A stretch of DNA of 63,644 nucleotides, filler included, from Bipalium vagum (Eukaryota): NCBI GenBank assembly GCA_037834085.1. It is 3 parts of 3 records of this genome, joined end to end, with 100 filler letters (N's around TTAATTAATTAA, not from the genome) between each part and the next. Parts side by side here need not be neighbours in the genome. Positions count along the whole stretch, not along the records: positions 1 to 29,165 come from JBBMKC010038601.1; 2 more parts are not named here. One strand, written 5' to 3'. A program made the translations under genes and the position numbers. Below the pieces are notes generated by a model. It had not been told where the DNA came from. It saw only the letters and a program-made list of their open reading frames with translations, and ran no database searches. Positions 1 through 13,007 of this stretch are shown here, piece after piece (the first letter of the stretch is position 1; every line of letters begins with the position of its first letter).

Positions 1-977
1 ATTAGAAATAAATATATTAGAAATAAATATATTATAAATAAAGAGATTATAAAGAAATGAATAAATATTATAAACAAATATAAAAAAATAAATAATCACA
101 ATAAAAATGTATTTGATACTGTGAAATTAATTAAACTATTTTTCATTCTTTTTTCATCTTCAAAATAAAGTTGACAATTTTATAATTTTTGATTTTTAAA
201 TATTTATTTTGATAAATATTTTTTATTTTATTCATAAAAGTATCTGATTAAATAATTATTCAATCCCAATGGTTGTTTGTACTAAATATATACCTAAAAT
301 CAACCCACGTGAATATTAAAATATATTAAAAAAATAGAACTGTTGCTAAATTAAATGAAGATATTAAAGTTATAATTTAATTGATATTTTACTTTGAATT
401 ATTAAGTTTAATAATATTTTTCTGAAAATCGTGCGGAAAAGTTGAGCATTTCAAATATATGAAATATTTAAAAAATTAATAATGATTGTCAGAATTAATT
501 AAAATTTACTAATGAGTAAATTTTTAATCTTTCAGAGTTTATATTTTTATTATTAGTCGTAATAAATAGTCAGCTTTCAATGTGTTGGAATTTTATTTTT
601 ATTGAGTATTTCTTTTTTCAAAACGTTGTTTAATTTTTAATCTCCAAGCCTGGAAAATTGGTTCTAAGATTGATAATTATTTTTAAATAAGTACCCATTA
701 AAACAAATTCAACACTTTTTAAATATATTTTTATGTTTAAAATAAACAATGATAAAATCATTCCACAAATAACCTTCGAACTTCTGATTCATATTTGCTT
801 ACGAAATAGTAAGTTTCCTTTTAAATATTTATTTGGTAGATATCTAAACCCAAATCACTACATGATTATAACGTACCAAAATTTACGCAAGAAGTAATTC
901 TTACACATAACGAATGTCTTTGATAAAATATTAATTTTTTATTCATTCAGAAATTATTTTTCATAGAATTATTAAAA

Positions 978-1700
978 ATGAACAGGTATTCAAAAGTCGA
1001 AAGGATTGTCATTTTTTAGAAATACTCAGAAAACTATGAAGATTTAGCAGTTATGATTTGTAATTTTCATAAAAATATGAGTGAAATCGTGATTTTAACT
1101 TCATCAACTGTAAAGCGATTTATTAAAAAATTCAGGGACATTGGATCAATTAATGGTTTTAAGCAATATGGTCATCCTTCTACTAAGCGTTCGACACGAA
1201 ATATGAAAGCAGTTCGTGAGATTTGGATGACAACTTGTCATCGTTGTGAAGAATTAAATATTTCGAAGTTCTCTTCAACTTATTCTCATTAAAGATTTGA
1301 ATCTTCATGCTTACAAAGTTCGATTGTCTCAAGAACTGAAGCCTGCTGACCACACAAAACAAATGAAGCTTGTTGAATGAGTTATGAAAAATCAAATGCA
1401 GATTTTAAGTAAAAATCATTTTCAGTGATAAAGCTCATTTCAATCTGAATGATTTCGTACATCGTTATTTGTTGCTCAGAAAATCCATGATTGATTGTGC
1501 AATGAATAATGTATCTACAAGGTATCATTATTTTGTGTCGATTTTTGATCATCATTCCACCATTCTTCTCTGATAATAATTTGGTTTATCAGGCAATAAC
1601 AATTAATGATTCTTGCTATCGCGACATGATAATCCAATATTTGGTTCCTAAATTACAAGGTATTGATGTTGAAAGTTATAGACTGTATTTTAATTTAATT
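978..1700 (+). mobile_element. Degenerate Tc1/mariner-superfamily transposase (rosa/DD41D-like)
   Basis: Frameshifted fragments STVKRFIKKFRDIGS, LNLHAYKVRLSQELKPADH and IIFSDKAHFNLN. Confidence 0.65.
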
Positions 1701-3489
1701 TAACAGATATTATCATTAATAATATGTTTTCCAATATTATCGTGACATTATCTTGCTGATAGACAACCTGTAGTATTCTAACTTTTGGTTTCTTTCTTTC
1801 TCCATATGTTCCTTTGTATGTTTTCTTTACATCAGCAACCTTAAAACAAATTTTGTGGTTTAAGGATTCAACAATGTAAACAAGTACCATTATTGTTTGT
1901 AGAATCTTTAATATATATTTATCACCAAATCCAAAAAATCTTTAGATTTTGAACCGACTTACATTATTTTATTACTAATATTGTCGAGAAACTATTATTA
2001 TTAATAATAAAATAAATAATTATATTATTATTTTATTTCTACTATTAATAACTAATTTATTTGACTGCTTTTCATCTAATGTAGATATTTTAATTGATGA
2101 GGCTTTGATGCAAATACAAAACAATAGTTGCAATTTTTGTTTTAGACTTCATTGCTAATTTCAGTGAGGAGAATGCCTAGCTTTGCCTAATAGAAACCAA
2201 CAGAATTCGATTAAATGGTTGAGTTTCAACCATTTATTAACTATCAATATGTCCCAAGTAAATCCTTAAAATGTATTAACCAGGTCTGGGTAGGCAGACT
2301 CAATGAAAACAGGAAATTTCAATTCTAACCTTAAATCTAATATATCCAGGACGATGCAATTTCCATAGTGCACCAATGGAAGTAATATCTGTTAATGTCC
2401 ATAAAAATTAAAATAACGAGTTCATTAATATTCTGTCTTCATAAATGAGAACAGTGAAATAAAGTTTTCTAATATTTCGAAAACAGCGACTGCATTAAAT
2501 AATACGTTTAATTATAGTTCATTTTAATGATACAGTTAAACAAACAAACTTTCAAATAATTGGACTTGCTTTTTTGAAATTAGTGAATTACTGAATAAAC
2601 AATCATTATTTATGACCATAAATATTTAATTACCATAATATATTCAAAATATTATTTGCTACCCTCGTTTGGAGCTTTAAAATTTTTTTTAATATTGGAT
2701 TTATTGAATTTTACTGAATTCTAGCCAAATCATTAATTAAATATTTCATTCTCCATATTGATTTAATATAATAAAAAGAATCAATGCAACCTAAGGAAAG
2801 AAAATTTGGCTTTGATTTGTTTTAATTTTTATTGATATCAAATTTTTAGATAAAAGGTTTATGTAAACCGTCCAAAAAATTAGAATTTAATATATTTCTG
2901 GGTTTGGTGAATTACATTTAATTCGGAATTGACAAATGAAGTTTCTCATCATAAATTTGCGATTTATGACAGGATCATTACATTTCACATTTGAACAGCC
3001 GTTTATCTTGAGACAATTTCATCAAAAAATAACTGAAATTAATATATTTGTAAAAATCCAATTATTGTTTTATTAAGTGAGCAATTTTTTTTGTTTTAAC
3101 GATCACAAAGAATTATCGCATTTCTCAATATTTTTCTTAGAATTTTTTCTTTGATTCTGTGTAACGTAATACGTTATTTGTAGTTATCAAATAAACTTAA
3201 TGAAAATTTTGGTTAATGCTTGTTTGAGTGTTTGGTCTGTTTTTTTTTCAGTTGACGAATTTATTTTCAATTTTTATTTATTTCTTGGTTTATGCTTACC
3301 TGCTGACTTTCATCGTTATATAATTGAATAGTTTACACAAGCTCTACAAAGATCGGAATTGATCTACAGGAAGAACAATTTTTCGTTACATGGTAACTCA
3401 GTATTTATTTATTTTTATTTTTATTATTATTATATTTAATCCTAATTACTGAATTATAGAAGAAACACTTTCGAAGGATTTTCCTACTG

Positions 3490-3903
3490 ATTTTGATAAT
3501 TCTATCATGGTTATACGATAAAAAATAGTCCCTGGTAAATTCTGAGTTTGACTCATTCAGACTGCCGCATGGTCTTTCACTTCTGTTTGGCTGTTAGATT
3601 CATCGTTTTTAAAATAATCTATCCATCGTCTGACGTTGCTGACATCGATTGTCTTAGTTTTTAAAGCATTGAAAAGCGTCTTGTAATTTTGACGGCATCG
3701 GTTTTGCCCGATTTGAATAAAAATTCTATTGCACAGCGTTGTTTGATTTTTCTGCTTATTTCAGGTGCCATTTTTAAAAAAGAAATATATTTAAATAAAA
3801 ATAAATTTTGTTTCATAATGTATTAATAACCGGTATTTATACTTGAATAATGATTTTTTGGTAAAAATAAATATTATTCAAAATATTTGCATACAGGCAT
3901 TAC
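3490..3903 (-). mobile_element. mariner 5' remnant
   Basis: MAPEISRKIKQRCAIEFLFKSG...DVSNVRRWIDYF resembles the mariner N-terminal HTH region. Confidence 0.55.
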
Positions 3904-4402
3904 TTTTTGAATGACCTAATATTAATTATATTAATATTATATATAAAAATAAGAGAACGAGCGATGAGGTTCCACTTTGTCCATTATATTGATCCGAAAC
4001 CACTTTCAGAAAGGAAAATTTTTCAAAAATTCATTGAAGTGTCTCAAATTCACTTTTCTGATGAAATTCACCAAGTTTCCTTTCTACTGTATTTATCCTC
4101 GGATGGAATACTGGGAGAGTTTAGTACAAAGTTTGGAGAATATTTTATTGAAAAGTTTTTAAAATGTTGATTATGTTCTAAAACTTCACCTCATTATGGA
4201 ATCATAATTTAATTAAATATGAAAAATAATGTTTTCACTAGCAATTAAAATAAAAATTGAATTAATAATTATAATAAATAAATAATTATTATTAAATATT
4301 AAATTATTATTAAATTATTATATTATTATTAAATATTAATAGTTCCAAAATGAGGTGGGAAATCAAGAAGCCAGTAAAACGGAAAAAAATTATTGCTAGA
4401 TT

Positions 4403-7153
4403 TTATATCACAAAAACTCTAATTATTACCTTGGAGATTTCAGGCTTAGACTCTTCGGAATTATAATTTTCGGGATTAAAATGCAAATTTGCTGTACCGT
4501 ACCACATGTGGTTTACGTTGGAGAACAGATTATCGGTCCATCTGTTATCATTGGTGAGGGTTCTTTCTGAACTTTGATTTATTTCAATTTCAGAAGACTT
4601 ATACTTTCCACGATGATTGTGTAGTTTTGCTGATATTCGTCTAATAAACATTAAAACAATAAATAATCCTAAGAAAACACCACTCATTGTCACAATAGAT
4701 ATAACTATAACGACACGAAACTGATCATTAGAGAAATCCATTACTGAAGTGAAAGTCGTTTTGGAAGATACTGATACTTTTAGAGTTATTTCTGTAGATA
4801 AATTCGGACTACCGTTGTCACTTGCCACAAGTTTAATTATATAATTACCGACTCCCATACGAGAGCGGGTTCTCAGTTCTCCACTCTGGGTGTCAACATA
4901 AACCAATTCATTACCCTCAGAAACACTGTATGATATATTACCATTGGGTAAAGAGTCGAGGTCAACTGCTTGAGCAATTATTATTCTTTGATCTGGAATC
5001 AAAATACTTGTTGTGTTTATACTAGCAGAATCTGGCGTTGGATGGACCCATTTCGGATAATTGTCGTTAACATCCAATACTTGCAAAGTTATGACGTCAA
5101 TACTGGTAAGCTCTGGTTTACCTTGATCACATATCATAATGAAGATTGTATATAATTCGATATTTTCTCTGTCTAAAGTTTTATGTAATGTGATATTTCC
5201 TGATGTATTATCAATTGTGAAGATACTTTTGAGATTATTGTTGGACTCTGATGATTGAATTAAGGAGATATGTTTCCCAATAACTTTTTGTATAAAGAAC
5301 TTTACTGTTCCGTTTTCTCCCAAGTCTGGATCTTCTGATTTTAGTTGTGCCAAGAATTTAGGTATTTTGTTTTCATTTTCTTCAATTGTCAACTTGGGAG
5401 GATTTAGAATTATGGGAATATTATCATTGATATCCGTTATGGTAACGAAAACGGTGGTAGTAGCAGTCTTCGTTGTTGTTTCTCCAGGATCAATGGCAAA
5501 AACAACAATTTCTAATTTATCTTGCTTTTCTCTATCTAAGCCCTTAACAGTTCTCAGGAAACCCGATACAGGATCTATTAAAAAAAATCTTTCGGTTCGA
5601 GGTGCTATTTCATAGATCAACTGAGATGTTGCATCATCATCAGTTGCCTCTAACTGAAGTAAGAAGTGACCATTGCTGTTATCTTCTGGGACTTCAATAA
5701 AATATTGTGATTTTTTGAATTTCGGCGAAAATTCATTGACATCTTGGATCTTTACGGTAATCTCTTCTTCCGTTGTTAACTGCGGAATTCCTTTGTCGGA
5801 ACAGAAAATTCTCACTTGAAAATGGCTTTCAATTTCCCTGTCAAACGTTCTTCTAGGCTGTAATGTGTATATATCTCGCCCTTTGACCGATTGTGAATTG
5901 GAAAGTTTGAAATTGTTTTCTCCGTGTGTCAAATTGCAATCAACCTCCGAATTAAGACCAATATCGCCATCCGAAACCCAAATGATTGCAAAGTGAGACA
6001 AGGATGTTTGGTTTTCTTTAATATTAAATTCCTTTTTGTTCGGACCCAAGGAATTTATGTTGATTACTGGTCTCTGATTATTTACATCTTTCAAGTGAAC
6101 AAATACTGTTGCATATCCAACTTTTGGCACGCTTCCACCATCAGAAGCTTCAACACTTATGGAAAAGTCTTGAGCAACATTTTTACAATTGAGTATTTTC
6201 TGTAATTTTATTTCTCCGGTATGAGAACTGATGTAAAAGTATGATAACATAGACTGGTCTTGTACCTGTCCGAAACGATATCGAACCTGTCCAAACAGTC
6301 CAGAATCCGAATCCGTGGCAGTTACATTTGCTACCACTTCTCCTACCATTGCGTTCTCCATGATCGTTATTTTATATTCTTTTTGTAAAAATACTGGGTG
6401 ATTGTCATTTATATCTAGGACGGAAATAGCTAACGTTTGATTGCCGCATAATGGACTGGTTCCACAGTCACATGCGGTGAGAGTGGTTTTATAATGTACT
6501 TGGGTCTCATAATCAAGAGCCTTTATGATAATTAGATACAGAAGATTTGGGAAACTAATATTAAAAACATGATTAAAACCATACATGAAATAAGAACAAA
6601 TATTATTTGGCTCTATATCGGGATCGGAAGCAGTTCTTAGAGATATTTTGTATCCTACTTGAACCGCCTCACTTATCTGAATTTGATAATACGATTCCGA
6701 AAACGTTGGTTGATGATCATTGATGTCTTGTATCGTTATAATAACATTGATCCAATAGTCGAGTGGTACAAAAACTGTCAATTCAATTTGACATCGATCC
6801 AGTGACGTGAAGCTTGTTGGACAGATCTGTTCTCTATCAATTCGTTGAGCAATGTGCAACTTTCCTGTATCCTCTTCCAAAGAGAAGTATTTCAACAGCT
6901 TTCCGTCTTCGTACAGCTTGAAGATGGATTTTGGCTGGATTTTAATAAGGTTGGAATCAATGTTGAGATTTCCAATTAAATTCCCAATCTCCGTTTCTTC
7001 CTTGACAGCATAGAGAATATTTCGTATGACATCATTGCAAAAGAACATTTTCCATTCATTCTCAATTAAAACAATAAAGATCAGAATTCTTTGCAATTTG
7101 ACGTTGACAATTTTCGGCCACAATTCAATGAAAAATGTTGTCTCCAGATACAT
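4403..7153 (-). CDS. Protocadherin (7 cadherin repeats, delta1-like architecture); ectodomain, TM and start of tail in a single large exon
   Basis: 916-aa uninterrupted ORF. Cadherin linker motifs DINDHQP, DINDNHP, DVNNQRP, DVNEFSP, DINDNIP and DVNDNYP, plus a 7th repeat, with repeated LDRE/xDxD motifs. EC1 has the protocadherin-type RIDREQIC..C. TM segment VVIVISIVTMSGVFLGLFIVLMFI followed by RR. A donor AAG|GTAATA at 4430/4429 suggests the tail may continue in further exons that I could not place. Confidence 0.93.
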   Translation of the reverse strand: MYLETTFFIELWPKIVNVKLQRILIFIVLIENEWKMFFCNDVIRNILYAVKEETEIGNLIGNLNIDSNLIKIQPKSIFKLYEDGKLLKYFSLEEDTGKLHIAQRIDREQICPTSFTSLDRCQIELTVFVPLDYWINVIITIQDINDHQPTFSESYYQIQISEAVQVGYKISLRTASDPDIEPNNICSYFMYGFNHVFNISFPNLLYLIIIKALDYETQVHYKTTLTACDCGTSPLCGNQTLAISVLDINDNHPVFLQKEYKITIMENAMVGEVVANVTATDSDSGLFGQVRYRFGQVQDQSMLSYFYISSHTGEIKLQKILNCKNVAQDFSISVEASDGGSVPKVGYATVFVHLKDVNNQRPVININSLGPNKKEFNIKENQTSLSHFAIIWVSDGDIGLNSEVDCNLTHGENNFKLSNSQSVKGRDIYTLQPRRTFDREIESHFQVRIFCSDKGIPQLTTEEEITVKIQDVNEFSPKFKKSQYFIEVPEDNSNGHFLLQLEATDDDATSQLIYEIAPRTERFFLIDPVSGFLRTVKGLDREKQDKLEIVVFAIDPGETTTKTATTTVFVTITDINDNIPIILNPPKLTIEENENKIPKFLAQLKSEDPDLGENGTVKFFIQKVIGKHISLIQSSESNNNLKSIFTIDNTSGNITLHKTLDRENIELYTIFIMICDQGKPELTSIDVITLQVLDVNDNYPKWVHPTPDSASINTTSILIPDQRIIIAQAVDLDSLPNGNISYSVSEGNELVYVDTQSGELRTRSRMGVGNYIIKLVASDNGSPNLSTEITLKVSVSSKTTFTSVMDFSNDQFRVVIVISIVTMSGVFLGLFIVLMFIRRISAKLHNHRGKYKSSEIEINQSSERTLTNDNRWTDNLFSNVNHMWYGTANLHFNPENYNSEESKPEISKVIIRVFVI

Positions 7154-8097
7154 TGTGATGAACGATTTTGCAAATTATTTACACCCTTTTTCACTATAAA
7201 AAATTGTTTGAGAAAAAAATGATAATGAATTTCTTACATATAATCTCGCTGGTAGCCAATAGAATCAGCTCTCTTTCATCATTGAGACTGGGATTTGATA
7301 ACCAGTTCTCATAAAACTGGATGATGATGATGATGATCGCTGTCTTCAGTAGTCGTTCTCATTACCCACTCAAGATTCTGACTAGTGTAAAGCGCTCGGG
7401 GATATCAAACACTCCTTTGACATTTCCGTATAAATCCAGGAAGGAAACTTGAACATTAAGTCTTTGGAATCAAAACCTATTTTAAAAATTATTTTTATTA
7501 TTTCGTATTATGATTATATTTGAGTTACTGGGGCCGTTAAACCTATAAATTTTTCAAAAATTAAATTAAAATTAAATTTATAAAATATTTAATTTAGCAA
7601 ATAATTATTTTTAAATTATTCTTGAAAATAATTTTGTTTTACAGCTTGGTTCCCATAAGAGTGATTTTTATATTTTAAAATCATTTTTAATAAGAAATGG
7701 AATTTTAATAAAGATTTATTAATTTATTGAAACTTGCGAAAGTACAATTATCCACCATTCTTTTTTTATTTAGAAATGATAATTATGAATATATTTTAAA
7801 AATTTATATTATTATATATTAAATTAAATATTATATATACGAATACTTTATATGTATACTTTATACTTTATTTAACATCTTTAAGATAATTCGTAAATAA
7901 TAATATTATTATTTAATATTTGATATTTAATATTTTTACACAACTAAATTAAAATTTTAAATTAAAATATTTTTTTATTATTAATAAATTAATATAAATA
8001 TAAATATAAATAAAGATAAATAAATATTGATAAATATTAAAACATATAAATAAATAAATATGGTTTTCTAAAGAATTAAATTTAATCATAAAATATA

Positions 8098-9384
8098 CAG
8101 GGTGCGTCAGCTATTTGAGGACAAAAATTTATATTAAAGGTAAGTAATATTTTTAATGAAAATAATGTATATTTTTAAGCAATATTAGAAACTTTATTTG
8201 TCTTAAGTACACAAGTTTGATCTATTCAATAAAATCGCCTTCAATGTTAATTACAGCTTCAAGGCGGCTTCTGAAAAGCTTACAAGTCGCGATCAAATGG
8301 TTTTTTTTCATATTTATTATAGCAGACCTTACAGAAGCCCGTAATTAATCTTTGGTATTATGAGGATATTTGTTCGTCTCCTTCTCTACGACGCGCCATA
8401 CGAAATAGTCCAAAGGATTTAAATCGGGTGAGCTAGGTGGTCATAAATTTGGAGTGAAATGATCGTTAAAATTTAGCGATAGCCATTTTTGTGTTTTTAA
8501 TGCTATATGGCATGGAGCTGAGTCTTTTTGGAACACATAAGGCCTACCCTGGGCAACTTTTTAAATCCAGGTCTTTACATATGTATCCAGACAATCGATA
8601 TAAAGAGATGCATTAATTCTATGTCCCTTTGGAAAGATATACGGAGGCATAACATGACCTTCGTTGCTCAAAACCCCCAATATCATTAAAGATGATGGAA
8701 ACTTGATGTGCATAACATTAGGGTCTTCAGAAGCACTGGAGCACAGCCATCGATCGTTCCTCCTATTAACCTTTTGATCTTGAGTAAAACATTTTTCATC
8801 AGAAAAGAACCATAAAATATTTGAATGATCAGGATGCTTAATTTTGTTTAAAAGACACTTCCAGTGGATTTTCTTTGCTTTTTGCCTATACAAAATGTTT
8901 TCTTTTCATGACGTAAGACTTGCATTTTAAATCATTGTGTACCGTTCGACTGTTGACTCAGAAACCGGTAGTCGATGGGCAATTTCTCTCATTGATGTTC
9001 CGGGATTTTCATGAACCACATCATGGACTTTTTGAACAAAATTAGCATTTCTGACAATGTCTGAACGAAATGAATGTGTTTTTCTCTTAGATATAAACAT
9101 TTTGATCAGATGCCAAACATTCTTTTCTAATTTTATTGACAAACGATCTGGCCACATTAAGAAATTTGAAAATTTCTAAGTTACTGTGTCCGGCGGCTAA
9201 TGCAACAATACCTGCGTGCCTTTTCATTTCTTGTGTTAATTCAAAAGTTCTCTTCCATTTCTAAAATAAAAAATAAATATTTAATTTTTTATCAATAAAT
9301 ATTGCAAATCAATTTTAGCGCCAATAAAAAAATTATCATGATATATTTTAACAATTTTTATCCTCAAATAGCTGACGCAACCTG
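8098..9384 (-). mobile_element. Full-length but inactivated DD37D (maT) transposon, 1287 bp
   Basis: TIRs cagggtgcgtcagctatttgagga / tcctcaaatagctgacgcaacctg (1 mismatch), each flanked by TA. Catalytic FSDEK, QKDSAPCH and SPDLNPLDY with 37 residues between D2 and D3. Contains stops and frameshifts. Confidence 0.92.
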
Positions 9385-9389
9385 TATGT

Positions 9390-12100
9390 TAACATACACA
9401 ACTAGACAAAAAAATGAGGCTTACATAATTTATATCATATATTATGACAACATTTATTTTAACAATTTTACAGTAATTTTACAAAAATTTTCAAACAATA
9501 TATCATTAACTAAATAAAAAATATTAAGTAATTATAAATCAATGAATAATTCTTCCTTTTTCAAAAACAATAGAAATATTAGAAAATCAGTAAATGTAAA
9601 ATTAGTAACAAATGAAGAACCAAAAAAATACGTAAACCAACATTTGAAAGATGAGAAATATTTTCTGAAAACTATTAAAATACATTTTCATATGTGTGCT
9701 AAAAAGGTGTCGCTATGTATTATTGATCTGAAAGTAGAATTTCATTTGTCTTGTCAGATAACTTAACTTTTATTTTTCTTTGTACGATTATCAATTTTAT
9801 CTTCTTCAATTTTATAGTTATCTTCACTTTTATACATCTGACAAACTTCTTCTTTGACAATCCATTATCAAAACTATCTTTTAAATATTTTAAAACTGTT
9901 TTTGAAAAAATAATAAGATTATCATCAACATATTATACAATAACATCGTTTTTCCAGATCAGGAAGGACCAATGTTAACATACTAAAAATTGATAATAAA
10001 TTAGAATTATTTTTTATTTTTATTAATTATCATTTAAGAAATCATCACGAAAAATTCCATTTTTTAAAAAATAAAATTATTAAAATATTTTAGTTGGTCT
10101 ATTATTATTAGTCCAACTTAAAAATAAAACATTAAATCTGTTTTAAGTGAATAGTAAAACTAATTTCCTCTCCATTAAAATATATTAAATAAATAAAAAC
10201 ATTTAAATTTTCTTTCAGAAATATTTCTTGTAATTAAAAGATAATAAATTCGAAAATTTAATCTCTCAATTACTCAATAATCGTTTTTAACAGTATTTTA
10301 TGGATAATCAAAAATAATGTTACTATTTTTTCCATTAAAATATTCACCTTATTCAATATTTAAATGACTCATAATTCTGTTTATAGTTGAAATTTTAACT
10401 GATTTTGAAAAAGGATTTCCTTCTTCGTAAATTTTTTCTATCAAATCCTAAAAGATTTGCTAAAGAATTTTCTACTGGAAATTAAACTGGAAATTGAACT
10501 GGAAATTGAATTGTAAATTCTTTTGATATTTTCAATATAATATATATTTAGAAAAATTGGATTTGACTTAATTTTTCCTTCTTTTCTAAAGTTTCTAAAG
10601 TGTAATCATATTTAAATTCATTTTTTATAACTTTAGATATTTCTTCAATTTCATATGCACCTGGCGCTATTTTTAAAGTTTTGTTACTGAATCATTTTTC
10701 CTATCTGTTATTTTTATTATTATTTCATTATTGTTTTGATTAATATTAAATATTAAATTAAAAGTATAAAAATAAACAAAGGCAATTCACAGTTCAAATT
10801 AGAATCAAGTTTAGAAGGAAATTCAAATTTTAAAGAAATATTTGATTCTTTTTTTTATAATTTATGATGTTTTAATTTTTTGAGATAAAAGATAAGATAT
10901 TTTTTGTAGAGTTTCTTCCATTTTGTCTATTTTCAATTATTATATATTTATTTTATGTGAATTATTTTTAATTATTGATTAGGAAAATGTTTAACGATTA
11001 TTTTATCATAATTTTTATTTTTATTTTTTTGTTTTTATACTCTATTTAAGATTTTTAAAAGTAAATGATCAGGATTATCATGACAGATAAATATTTTTCT
11101 TAAAGTTATAAATTAATTAAGTAAATTTTAGGGTTAAAAAGTTTATAACCTTGTTCTCCTCTTTATTTATAATATTATCTAAATAGATTGACTCTTTTAT
11201 TTTAACTATATTTTTCATTAAATATGTATTTATAATTATACAAATTTTTTATATTGTAATCTTTATCCCATTGATTAATAAAAGTATTAGAATAATTTAC
11301 TCCTATTAAAGATTTTAAATTATTGGTTAATATACATTATCCTTTAACATCAGGTTTTGTAAAACTTTTTCATCACCAATTTCCACCACGTGGAAAGGAT
11401 AACCATTTAATATTAATTTATTTATCATATTTTTAAAAAATAAAAATATTCTTTCAATTTTTCTTTATTTTCTTTTTTAAATTCTGGTTTCAATTCTGTT
11501 TTTACTTCTTTATTTATTTTTTCAATTACTTTATTTTCCTAAACTTGTTTTTAATATTTTCTTTACATTCATTAATAATTATTTTTGCTTGTATATTTTC
11601 TTCATAAGTTAAAAATTTATCTTCTAAAGCTTTCATGTGAAATACTAAATTTATTAATTGAATTTTTTAGAGACTCTTAAATTTCTTGGTATAACTTTTT
11701 TTCTTTTAGAAGTAATGTTTCTGCTATTGGTTTCAGAAATAAATACACTTACAGCTCCAAAAATTGCAGTACCAATAGGAATACAAAATCCTAGTCCAAT
11801 TACTAAAGTTGATACTCCTGTCAAAATTGCTGATCCCATTCCAACAGTTTCACTTATACAATTACTTCCTAATTTTAAATGAGAATCAATTTTTACATTC
11901 TTTAATTTTAATTTTTATTAATGGGTTAATAAATTTTTTCATTCATAAAATTTTCAATTTTTAATTTTTTTAGTTGAGCAATTAAAGGATTAGAAAATCG
12001 TTCTTCATCTTCGTAAATAAATCTATTATCTTTTAAAGTTGGATAAATAGAAGAAGTTGGTTTTTGTTCATTAAGTTTTTCTTCAAATTTTTCTTCCATC
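9390..12100. mobile_element. Fossil Polinton/Maverick (adintovirus-like) fragment: pPolB (+), packaging ATPase (-), penton (-), hydrophobic ORF (-)
   Basis: + strand about 9530-9766: YKSMNNSSF.KTIE/NIRKSVNVKLVT...IIDL (pPolB). - strand about 9930-9985: IGPS*SGKTMLLYNML (Walker A). - strand about 10136-10925: MEETLQKI, KIAPGAYEIEEI, NSLANLLGF, GEYFNGK, FNGEEISFTIHLK (minor capsid). - strand 11654-11880: Gly-rich hydrophobic ORF. Confidence 0.8.
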
Positions 12101-12499
12101 TTTAATTATTCTTTTAATATCCATTTACAAACTAAATAATATAAATATTAAATTCATTATGAATATTATCCTTATTTATCAATATCGGAAAAAATAAAAT
12201 AAAATGTAAAGTTATGATTTATTCATTTCAGCAATGATTTTTTGATTTATCTTTTAAAATAAAACAAAATATTTAGAATACACATTTTGGAAAACTGATA
12301 ATATCAATTGTGATTTGAAGTGTTACTTGGAAGATCTTTAAAAATCAAATAAAAGATAATTAATATAATTTGAATAACTATTATTTTTACCTTTTTCATA
12401 TTTAACTAGGTTTAAAGGAAAATGTGAATTGTTAACTTTTGTTCCTTTTTTTCTGTTTCTGTGTCTAGTAATGTGTGATAAAAGTTATTTATATACATT

Positions 12500-12635
12500 A
12501 GGGCCTGTCTAAATTGAACAACCATGTTCAACCGTGTACTATTTAACCTGTTAAATTGAAAAACTGTAATACTTGAACTCCTATTGAATTTGAACAATTT
12601 GGTCGGTACAAAGTAGTGTTCAATTTAAACAATTT
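12500..12635. mobile_element. MITE/pogo-like subterminal remnant
   Basis: Repeated aaattgaaca/tgttcaattt motifs in both orientations. Similar motifs with a ...ggtttcactgta end occur at 29445-29512. Confidence 0.35.
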
Positions 12636-13007
12636 AAAATATTTTTGATCAATTACATCAAAATCATTAAATATAATTCATATTAATAATGATAAATGAT
12701 AATGATACGGATAATAATAAATCCGTAAACCCTTCTGAAATTAGATATTTTGTAAAACAATCTAAAAGTTCAATTTCGATATTCTTAACCCATATAAAAT
12801 CAGTCACTTTTTAGGAACTTAACAAATATAAATTTAAGTATGTATACATTATTTAATATTTTTAAAATATTTTAAAAGTAAATGAATGAATGAAATTTTA
12901 AAAATAAATTTATTTTTAAAATTTAATAGAAAAAAATTTCCACGTCTGAGAGAATTTGCTTAAATATTATTTGTTTTATCACTTCATAAATTTACTCTAA
13001 AATGACT

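Noticed and set aside
3907-4190. GC-elevated patch as a protocadherin terminal exon (- strand HNQHF...KETW*) or as + strand ORFs
   Set aside because: The available acceptors are phase 1 whereas the 4430 donor is phase 0; the + strand ORFs have no recognisable features.
4970-6205. Three + strand ORFs
   Set aside because: Antisense shadows of the protocadherin exon.
11658-11882. Hydrophobic + strand ORF as a host membrane protein
   Set aside because: Antisense to a decayed ORF inside the Polinton remnant.
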